Under the pieces are notes generated by a model. It saw only the letters and a list, made by a program, of their open reading frames with translations. It had not been told where the DNA came from and did no database searches. Positions 14,409 through 21,105 of a stretch of DNA of 24,000 bases are shown piece after piece. Made by a program: the position numbers and the translations under genes. Each line of letters begins with the position of its first letter. Position 1 is the first letter of the stretch. The DNA lies in contig BEHD01000012.1 of assembly GCA_002898355.1 (NCBI GenBank), positions 1-24,000 of the forward strand, given 5' to 3'. The DNA comes from an archaeon HR01 (lineage in GTDB: Archaea; Thermoproteota; Nitrososphaeria_A; Caldarchaeales; Caldarchaeaceae).

Positions 14409-16589
14409 ATGAGTGTTAAGGAGCTTAGACTACGTGTGGCCGAGGCTAAGCAGAGGGATGTAGGCTATGGTATTGCTAGGATAGATAGGAGTGTGGGCGC
14501 TGAGGCTGGTCTCTCAACGGGTGATGTGGTGGAGATTAGGGGGAAGAAGCTTACAGCGGCCACGGTTTGGCTGGGCTACGTGGAGGAGGAGAAGGATAAA
14601 GACATCATAAGGATAGACGGCCACATCAGAAACAACGCCGGAGTATCCCTCAACGACTACGTGCTGGTCAGGAAGGCCCAAGTAAAGGAGGCCCAGCTCG
14701 TGGTCTTGGCTCCGTACAACTCATCAGTCAGGCCTGATGAAAACTTCACCAAGCTTGTCAAGAGCAGGCTCATCGAGTATCCGGTTGTCCACAGAAACAT
14801 AGTGCCGGTACTCTTCTTCGGCAACCTCTTCACCTTCGTGGTGGTTCAGACGAGGCCTACGGGCATAGTCAAGATAACCCCCAAGACCAAGCTGACGATT
14901 CAGTCGAGGGTTGTCCAGGAGAAGGCTTTGAAGACAAGCGTCACATACGAGGATATCGGCGGTCTCCAGGAGCAGATTCAGCGGGTTAGGGAGATGATAG
15001 AGCTCCCCCTCAGATTCCCCGAACTCTTCCAGAAGCTTGGGATAGAGCCTCCCAAGGGAGTTCTACTATATGGGCCGCCTGGATGCGGTAAGACACTGCT
15101 GGCCAAGGCTGTAGCAACGGAGGCTGAGGCGAACTTCATACTCATCAACGGGCCCGAGATAATGAACAAGTATTACGGAGAGACGGAGGCTAGGCTGAGG
15201 GAGATTTTCAGGAAGGCTGAGGAGGAGGGGCCCAGCATCATATTCATCGACGAGATAGACGCCATCGCGCCGAAGAGGAGCGAGGTTACGGGTGAGGTGG
15301 AGAAGAGGGTTGTGGCCCAGCTCCTCGCCCTCATGGATGGGTTGGAGGGACGTGGCAACGTCATCGTGATAGGTGCCACCAACAGACCCAACGCTCTAGA
15401 TCCTGCCCTGAGAAGGCCTGGAAGGTTCGACAGGGAGATTGAGATTGGGATACCGGATAAGAAGGGACGTACTGAGATACTGCACATCCACACCAGGGGT
15501 ATGCCCCTTGCCAAGGATGTTGTGGTGGAGAAGCTGGGTGAGATAACTAGGGGCTATACGGGTGCGGACCTCACCGCCCTCTGCAGGGAGGCGGCCATGA
15601 AGGCCATCAGGAGGATACTCCCCAACATAGACTTCTCGGAGGAGAAGATATCTCCCGAGATACTTAACAACTTGGAGGTCACCATGAAGGATTTCATGGA
15701 TGCCTACAAGGAGATAACGCCCAGCGCCTTAAGGGAGGTGGAGGTGGAGACACCCACCGTGAGGTGGGAGGATATCGGGGGCCTAGCCACCGTGAAGCAG
15801 AAGCTGATAGAGGTTGTTGAGTGGCCCCTCAAATATCCTGAGAAGTTCCAGAAGCTGGGGATAAAGCCTCCCAAAGGCATACTGTTGTATGGGCCGCCTG
15901 GATGCGGTAAGACACTGCTGGCCAAGGCTGTGGCCACCGAGAGTGAAGCCAACTTCATCTCCATAAAGGGGCCGGAGATCTATTCCAAATGGGTTGGCGA
16001 GTCTGAGAAGGCTATAAGGGAGACCTTTAGGAAGGCTAGGCAGGCAGCTCCTTCGGTTGTCTTCCTAGATGAGATAGAGTCGATAGCGCCTCGGAAGGAT
16101 GTGATGGAGGATAGCTCGGGCGTGGCTAACAGGGTTGCAAGCCAGCTCCTGGCCGAGATGGATGGTATCGAGGAGCTGACAGATATCGTGGTGGTGGGAG
16201 CCACCAACAGGCCAGACCTCCTCGACCCGGCGATACTGAGGCCTGGCAGGTTTGACAGGCTGATATACATTCCACCGCCAGATGAGAAGTCGAGGCTTGA
16301 GATACTCACAATATACACTAGGGGGATGCCTCTCGACGCCGATATCAGTCTGGAGGAGCTGGCCAGCAGGACTGAAGGCTTCTCGGGGGCAGACCTTGAA
16401 TCTCTCTGCCGGGAGGCTGCGCTGGCGGCGCTTAGGAGAGACATAAACACGGAGAAGGTTATGAAGATAGATTTCGAGGAGGCCTTCACCACCGTCAAAC
16501 CCAGTATATCGCCCCAGATGCTGAGGGAGTATGAGAGGCTGGGTGAGGTTCTGAGGACTTCGGAGAAGCCGCTGGCGATGATTGGTTGA
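14409..16589 (+). CDS. cdc48: Cdc48/VCP-like AAA+ ATPase (N domain plus D1 and D2)
   Basis: Two AAA modules: Walker A GPPGCGKT twice, and Walker B IIFIDEID and VVFLDEIE, each with a second region of homology. N-terminal [19 protein letters not shown] double-psi barrel motif. ATG 14409 lies 22 nt downstream of TTAAATTA (14379-14386) and is preferred over GTG 14394. Confidence 0.95.
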   Translation: MSVKELRLRVAEAKQRDVGYGIARIDRSVGAEAGLSTGDVVEIRGKKLTAATVWLGYVEEEKDKDIIRIDGHIRNNAGVSLNDYVLVRKAQVKEAQLVVLAPYNSSVRPDENFTKLVKSRLIEYPVVHRNIVPVLFFGNLFTFVVVQTRPTGIVKITPKTKLTIQSRVVQEKALKTSVTYEDIGGLQEQIQRVREMIELPLRFPELFQKLGIEPPKGVLLYGPPGCGKTLLAKAVATEAEANFILINGPEIMNKYYGETEARLREIFRKAEEEGPSIIFIDEIDAIAPKRSEVTGEVEKRVVAQLLALMDGLEGRGNVIVIGATNRPNALDPALRRPGRFDREIEIGIPDKKGRTEILHIHTRGMPLAKDVVVEKLGEITRGYTGADLTALCREAAMKAIRRILPNIDFSEEKISPEILNNLEVTMKDFMDAYKEITPSALREVEVETPTVRWEDIGGLATVKQKLIEVVEWPLKYPEKFQKLGIKPPKGILLYGPPGCGKTLLAKAVATESEANFISIKGPEIYSKWVGESEKAIRETFRKARQAAPSVVFLDEIESIAPRKDVMEDSSGVANRVASQLLAEMDGIEELTDIVVVGATNRPDLLDPAILRPGRFDRLIYIPPPDEKSRLEILTIYTRGMPLDADISLEELASRTEGFSGADLESLCREAALAALRRDINTEKVMKIDFEEAFTTVKPSISPQMLREYERLGEVLRTSEKPLAMIG
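15069..15112 (+). repeat. Copy 1 of a 44-nt perfect intragenic direct repeat (cdc48 D1 Walker A region)
   Basis: tatgggccgcctggatgcggtaagacactgctggccaaggctgt is identical to 15888-15931. Confidence 0.95.
15888..15931 (+). repeat. Copy 2 of the 44-nt perfect intragenic direct repeat (cdc48 D2 Walker A region)
   Basis: Identical to 15069-15112, including all synonymous positions of [15 protein letters not shown]. Confidence 0.95.
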
Positions 16590-16807
16590 GCGGGTTGTCC
16601 ATCTACTACTCTATTCTCAACGTGTTGAAGAGGATGGGTGGGAAGGCCATGTGGCAGAATCTACTGGATGAGCTGCAGAGAACCGGAGTGGAGGTCTCGA
16701 AGAGCGGGCTGAATCAGGCGTTGTTGAAGCTGGAGATTCATGGAAGGGTTAGGGTCACCAACCTAGATGAGATACGTAAGATAGTTGAGCTCGTGGGTGA
16801 GGACTAG
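16586..16807 (+). CDS. Small winged-helix-like protein, 73 aa (hypothetical)
   Basis: TTG start overlaps the cdc48 stop (TTGA at 16586-16589). The helix-turn-helix-plus-wing pattern MWQNLLDELQRTGVEVSKSGLNQALLKLEIHGRVRV is judged by eye only. Confidence 0.45.
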   Translation: MSGLSIYYSILNVLKRMGGKAMWQNLLDELQRTGVEVSKSGLNQALLKLEIHGRVRVTNLDEIRKIVELVGED

Positions 16808-17835
16808 CCTAGAAAGGCGTCGAGGGTGCCACCCAGCCTCTTCACCCTCTCACCCAACGTGTCTAATGCCTTGGAGACCCTCTCCTCCGAGAAGTCGTAC
16901 TCGCCGCATAGGAGGGAGATGACGCCTGCCCTGTCCGGCTCGGACCATTCAAGGCGGTAGCTATCCGTTACCTTGGGGCTTCTGAAGAGCTCTCTGACAG
17001 ACTGATAGTCAAAATCTAGGGATACCGCGCCCTCCCTGACAGCCCTATCTATCGAGCCGTGCTCCCTCACGATCTTCAACGCTGTCTTGGGCCCCACACC
17101 CTCGATGGGCGGTGAGTAGTCAGTCCCCACCAGTATCCCGATATCTATCAGCTGCTCCCTAGTGATGCCTAGAAGTGAGAGGGCTTTATCGAGATAAATA
17201 ACCTCCGGCTGGACCTCCACATACTCCTTCCTCCCAGGGAGCTTCCTCCTCCCAACTATGGATAGGTTCCTCACAAGTCTTGGAGAGCCGAAGAGGAGGG
17301 AGTCCATGTCCTGGGAGCCTGAGGCGTATGCGTCCCCCTTGGCGGCCATGTGGGCGGCCTGAGCCTCCCCCTCTGATGGAGCCTTCACATAGGGGACGCC
17401 CATACGCTTGAGCAGCTCCACCGAGCTATCCACCATATACTGCTCGAGGGATGCAGACCTCTGGGCCATCTTCCTAGCTGTCTCCAGGTCTCCAGCCTTC
17501 AACGCCTCGGCATATTGCCTCCTCGCCTCACTCCTTACGGATGCACGCCTCTCGATAGTCTCCATCTTCTGCTCCGGGGGCCTGCCGTCGAAGACGTAGA
17601 CCGGCTTCAGCCCTTCGGCGAGGAAGTTAACGGTTCTGAAGAATAGGCCGCTGAGATGGCTGGTTATCCTACCCCTCCTGTCCATTAGGGGCCTTCCATC
17701 CACACCCCTGATGGTGGAGAGGAACTGGTAGAGGATGTTGTAGGAGTCTATCGCTATTACCCTTCCCGAGAGACCCTTGATACTCGTCTTCTCCACAGCC
17801 TCTGGGGGGATGATGTCTCCTATCCGAACACCCAC
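16804..17835 (-). CDS. fen: Flap endonuclease 1
   Basis: MGVRIGDII...AIDSYNILYQFLSTIR...GRITSHLSGLFFRTVNFLAEGLKPVYVFDG...SEGEAQAAHMA...SQDMDSLLFG...GTDYSP are the XPG-N/XPG-I and H3TH motifs. GTG start. Confidence 0.92.
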   Translation of the reverse strand: MGVRIGDIIPPEAVEKTSIKGLSGRVIAIDSYNILYQFLSTIRGVDGRPLMDRRGRITSHLSGLFFRTVNFLAEGLKPVYVFDGRPPEQKMETIERRASVRSEARRQYAEALKAGDLETARKMAQRSASLEQYMVDSSVELLKRMGVPYVKAPSEGEAQAAHMAAKGDAYASGSQDMDSLLFGSPRLVRNLSIVGRRKLPGRKEYVEVQPEVIYLDKALSLLGITREQLIDIGILVGTDYSPPIEGVGPKTALKIVREHGSIDRAVREGAVSLDFDYQSVRELFRSPKVTDSYRLEWSEPDRAGVISLLCGEYDFSEERVSKALDTLGERVKRLGGTLDAFLG

Positions 17836-17867
17836 ACCTATAACCCTCTACCGCCACAAAATAACCT

Positions 17868-18875
17868 TTAAAGCCATAGGTCTATCCGGGCAATCGCCTG
17901 AGAAGGTGAAACCTCCTTAACCATCCTCGAGGAGACGGCCACCACCTCCCGCCCCTCAGACTTTACTGTCTCGCATGCTGTCCTCACTTTTTCATCTAGG
18001 TTGTTTCTCACTACTGTGTAGAGATGTATCACCCCTCCCCGCCTAGCTAGATGTGTCGCAGCCGGGAGAAATTCGTGGGAGCGGTGGGGTAGATTCATTA
18101 TAACCCTGTCAGCCACAATATCCAGCCCTTCGAAGACTGTGGAGGAGTCTCCGAAGAACGCCGTAACCCTATCCTCTAGACGGTTCAGCCTTATGTTCTC
18201 CACGAGATATCTGAAGGCGTATCCGTTCTTCTCCGCCGCATAGACCCTGGCTGTCTTGTTCATCTTAGCCAGAACTATGGAGAAGGGGCCTACGCCTGCG
18301 AACATGTCCACCACCACCTCGCCCGGTCTAGACTGCTCCGCTATCCGCCTCCTCTCTGTGGAGAGTCGGGGGTTGAAGAAGACTTTGGAGAGGTCCAGCC
18401 TGAAGATGCATCCGGACTCTCTATGGACAGTCTCAGTCTCGGGGATGCCAGCCACGACTCTGTACTCTCCCACCCTCTCCTCACCTGAGACGGGGCCTGT
18501 CTTCACCAGCACCGTCTTGATGTTGGGATGCCCCTCCAAAATCATCAGCCCTATCCTCCGAGCCGTCTCAGCGTCCAGCTCCCTGTTGATTACGGCTATG
18601 GAGCCCACCACGTCGAAGGATACGCCAGGGCTGGAAGGCGGCCTCCTCACACTTCTCACCGGTAGCATGGCCTCCACTAGGTTGCAGCCCTCAGGAAGGT
18701 TATCAGCTGGGGATTTGACAGGTATGAGGATGTGGGAATCCTCACCCACTATGGCCCGCTCCATGTCTAGGAGACCCCTAAAATGTAGAAGCCTCCTCAC
18801 AGCCTCACCCATCCTCCTCGGCACCCTGACAGCCAGCCCCGGGGAGGTCATCACCTTATTGCTGGAGGCAGCCAT
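17868..18875 (-). CDS. trm5: tRNA (guanine37-N1)-methyltransferase Trm5 / Taw22-type (Met-10+ family)
   Basis: SAM-binding VVDMFAGVGPFSIVLAK and catalytic VIMNLPH motifs. The start may be the in-frame ATG at 18851 (see promoter finding). Confidence 0.8.
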   Translation of the reverse strand: MAASSNKVMTSPGLAVRVPRRMGEAVRRLLHFRGLLDMERAIVGEDSHILIPVKSPADNLPEGCNLVEAMLPVRSVRRPPSSPGVSFDVVGSIAVINRELDAETARRIGLMILEGHPNIKTVLVKTGPVSGEERVGEYRVVAGIPETETVHRESGCIFRLDLSKVFFNPRLSTERRRIAEQSRPGEVVVDMFAGVGPFSIVLAKMNKTARVYAAEKNGYAFRYLVENIRLNRLEDRVTAFFGDSSTVFEGLDIVADRVIMNLPHRSHEFLPAATHLARRGGVIHLYTVVRNNLDEKVRTACETVKSEGREVVAVSSRMVKEVSPSQAIARIDLWL

Positions 18876-18880
18876 TTATA
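18875..18880. promoter_or_regulatory. Single TATA element (TTTATA / TATAAA) apparently serving both divergent genes
   Basis: It lies 24 nt upstream of ATG 18905 on the + strand and 23 nt upstream of the in-frame ATG 18851 on the - strand. It is the only AT-rich element in the 29-bp gap. Confidence 0.4.
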
Positions 18881-18904
18881 GGGGTATGGAGCCCCAGTAT
18901 TTGG

Positions 18905-19249
18905 ATGTGCGGTATCTGCGGGGAGCTCCAGTCCTACATCCACTGGGCTGAGAGGGTTCCGTGGGAGGAGTCAGAGCTGGCCGAGTCGGGCGGCGGGATG
19001 GCCAGGTCTCTCCAACGCCTCAGGATACGGAGGGCTGCGGTGGTTGCGAAACTTCTCTCAGCCTACGGCCTGGAGTTCTCCCTCTGGCAGGGAGGCAAAT
19101 ACATCCTAAGCGATAGGAAGGGTGGGACGGCAGTGATAAACGACATGGCCCAGCTCTGGCCGGCGATACACAGGATACTCGGCAAACCATTCGACCCACT
19201 AGACCCAAAAGTCCTCGAAAGAATCAGGGCCGGTGGGACGCTTGACTAG
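18905..19249 (+). CDS. Hypothetical protein with N-terminal CxxC (MCGICGE...), 114 aa
   Basis: The ORF is preceded at 24 nt by TTTATA (18875-18880). Its 3' end overlaps the start of the downstream COG0523 GTPase gene. I recognise no family. Confidence 0.55.
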   Translation: MCGICGELQSYIHWAERVPWEESELAESGGGMARSLQRLRIRRAAVVAKLLSAYGLEFSLWQGGKYILSDRKGGTAVINDMAQLWPAIHRILGKPFDPLDPKVLERIRAGGTLD

Positions 19250-20222
19250 AAAGGTTATAATTCTCACAGGCTTCCTCGGCAGCGGTAAGACAACAATCCT
19301 AAGGGGGATAGTCTCAAAGTATCGGGACAGCTCCAGGATTACGGCCATAATCAACGAGCTGGGGGAGGTCTCGCTGGACCACTACCTGGTGAGGACTGTG
19401 GGTGAGAGGGTTAGGCTCCTAGGAGGCGGATGCGCATGCTGCAACGTAAGGGATGACCTCGTGAATGCTCTACGGGAGGAGCTAAGCCTCGAGATGCGGG
19501 GGGTCAAACCCGTCTCCGAGTATGTTGTGGTTGAGACGACAGGTTTAACAGACCCCTCACCCATCAGCTTCACCATCGAGACAGACCCAGTCCTACAACA
19601 CCACTACAGGGTCCATAAGATTGTCACTGTCGTGAGCGCCCTCAACGGTGAGGAGGTTCTGAGGATGTTTGATGTGGCGAGGAAGCAGCTGGCCATGGCC
19701 GACCTCGTAGTGGTCACCAAGGTTGACCTGGCTCCGTTGGATGAGAAGCTGGCCAGCCTGATAAGCTCCATAAACCCAGCGGCCGAGGTTGTGCAGGCTG
19801 TGAAGGGAGATTTGGAGCCTGAAATATTCCTAGCAGATGCTAGGACACCACAGCGTCTGGAAAGCGGCGGCCCAGCCCTAGCCAAGTCCAGCCTTCTATC
19901 GGTTGTCTTTGACGGCGAGGTTGATTGGGCTGTATTCGGCGTCTGGCTCAGCGCCCTCCTATATGTTCACGGTGATAAAATACCTAGGGTCAAGGCTGTG
20001 ATAAGGATAGGTGGAGGCGACTTTGTTATCTTGAACGGTGTACAGCATGTCATACATGCCCCCGAGCATTTCAGGGCCGGGCCGGGTGAGAGGTCGAGGC
20101 TGATGATGGTGACTATGGGTGTGGAGCCCGAGCGGATTCTCGAGTCGTTCCAGGTCTTTCACTCAGCTTTAGGCGGGGCCAGCTCTGGATGGAGTGTCTC
20201 CACGAAATCTTTCCATCCTTAG
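19233..20222 (+). CDS. COG0523 (CobW/ZigA/YjiA-like) G3E-family metallochaperone GTPase
   Basis: P-loop GFLGSGKTT, metal-binding GGGCACCN (CxCC), Walker B VVVETTGLTDP, NKxD-type TKVD, and a CobW_C-like C-terminal domain. Start is GTG 19233 or TTG 19242. Confidence 0.85.
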   Translation: MGRLTRKVIILTGFLGSGKTTILRGIVSKYRDSSRITAIINELGEVSLDHYLVRTVGERVRLLGGGCACCNVRDDLVNALREELSLEMRGVKPVSEYVVVETTGLTDPSPISFTIETDPVLQHHYRVHKIVTVVSALNGEEVLRMFDVARKQLAMADLVVVTKVDLAPLDEKLASLISSINPAAEVVQAVKGDLEPEIFLADARTPQRLESGGPALAKSSLLSVVFDGEVDWAVFGVWLSALLYVHGDKIPRVKAVIRIGGGDFVILNGVQHVIHAPEHFRAGPGERSRLMMVTMGVEPERILESFQVFHSALGGASSGWSVSTKSFHP

Positions 20223-20641
20223 ATGAAGAGGGCTAGGGTCTTGGGGTCTGACGCTATCTCTAGGAAGGTGGATGCGCCGATTATGTCGTCCACAACCTCA
20301 ACCAAGTCCTCCTTCTTCATTCCGAAGAGGTTCATCGTGGGTGAGCAGGCGTAGATTTTCACACCGCTCTCCTTAGCCATCCTAAGCATATCCAGAAGGC
20401 TTGGCATGCCGCCTCTGGAGAGAAGCTGCTCCAGCTGCTCCTTGCTGACCCCAAGGTCTACCGAGGGCTTTATCGACTCGGCCATCTGCTTGGTGAGAAG
20501 CTTCATACCCCCGAAGGTGAAGTAGAGATATGCCTCCTTCCCCTGCGCTACCGCCGTGGTGGCTAGAATCAGGGCCGGGTACAAGCCGTCAGCTGTCCCA
20601 CGGCTTGCCACAATCACCAACCGGTTCTTCTCCTCAGCCAA
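20219..20641 (-). CDS. DsrE/DsrF-family sulfur-relay protein (DsrE3-like)
   Basis: 140 aa. LVIVASRGTADGLYPALILATTA...YLYFTFGGM...KIYACSPTM is the DsrE-fold pattern with an active-site-type Cys. It lies 7 nt downstream of tusA on the same strand. Confidence 0.7.
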   Translation of the reverse strand: MAEEKNRLVIVASRGTADGLYPALILATTAVAQGKEAYLYFTFGGMKLLTKQMAESIKPSVDLGVSKEQLEQLLSRGGMPSLLDMLRMAKESGVKIYACSPTMNLFGMKKEDLVEVVDDIIGASTFLEIASDPKTLALFI

Positions 20642-20648
20642 CCACCCC

Positions 20649-20897
20649 TCACCTCAGCCTCTGGATGAGAAAACGATATACGCCGGCCTGGGTCTCGGCC
20701 TCCTCGACAGCCACTATCTTGTTCCCCGTCTTCCTAGCCCATGATTCGAGGTCTGACTTTGAGGCTGGATCTGTAGCCAGAACCTCTATGACGTCTCCTA
20801 TGTTTATCTGGGTTATGGCTTGACGTGTCTTCAGCACAGGCATCGGGCACATCTCTCCCCTGACATCAACCGTCAGTACAGGTTTAACCACTGACAT
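20649..20897 (-). CDS. tusA: TusA/SirA-family sulfur carrier protein
   Basis: VDVRGEMCPMPVLKTRQAI...GDVIEVLATDP is the canonical TusA CPxP motif and fold pattern. Confidence 0.85.
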   Translation of the reverse strand: MSVVKPVLTVDVRGEMCPMPVLKTRQAITQINIGDVIEVLATDPASKSDLESWARKTGNKIVAVEEAETQAGVYRFLIQRLR

Positions 20898-20920
20898 TGC
20901 ATGATGTTTATGGTGGGCGA

Positions 20921-20930
20921 ATATATATAG
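20921..20930 (-). promoter_or_regulatory. TATA-like box of tusA-dsrE (CTATATATAT on the - strand)
   Basis: It ends 23 nt upstream of the tusA ATG (20897). Confidence 0.4.
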
Positions 20931-21073
20931 TTTATTATCCTGAACATATCATAAAATTTATTGTTTATTAGGCTTTATACATAGTTCAGCGGGCGAAGGG
21001 GGTAAGGAGAACCGTCATCTCTATCCTGAAGGCCTTCACATACTACGGGTAGAGGGCTGGAAATTTGTTGATG

Positions 21074-21080
21074 TTTATTA
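21074..21080 (+). promoter_or_regulatory. TATA-like box of copA (TTTATTA)
   Basis: 25 nt upstream of ATG 21106. A 5-bp inverted repeat, GCGGA-TG-TCCGC (21084-21095), lies between the box and the start codon. Confidence 0.4.
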
Positions 21081-21105
21081 CAGGCGGATGTCCGCATAGA
21101 ACTGA

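Noticed and set aside
15980-16498. 172-aa minus-strand ORF (and 15173-15514, 15704-15964, 14978-15169) inside cdc48
   Set aside because: These are Ser/Ala-rich antisense shadows of the AAA+ gene. No start context or motifs.
18256-18951. 231-aa plus-strand ORF antisense to trm5
   Set aside because: Low-complexity Ser/Thr/Pro/Leu-rich translation. It overlaps the clear Met-10+ methyltransferase gene and would collide with the better-supported CxxC ORF frame at 18905.
20898-21070. AT-rich palindromic fragments (e.g. ATAAA-A-TTTAT) in the tusA/copA divergent region
   Set aside because: Low-complexity AT sequence in a promoter region readily produces such palindromes. I could not distinguish them from TATA/BRE background.
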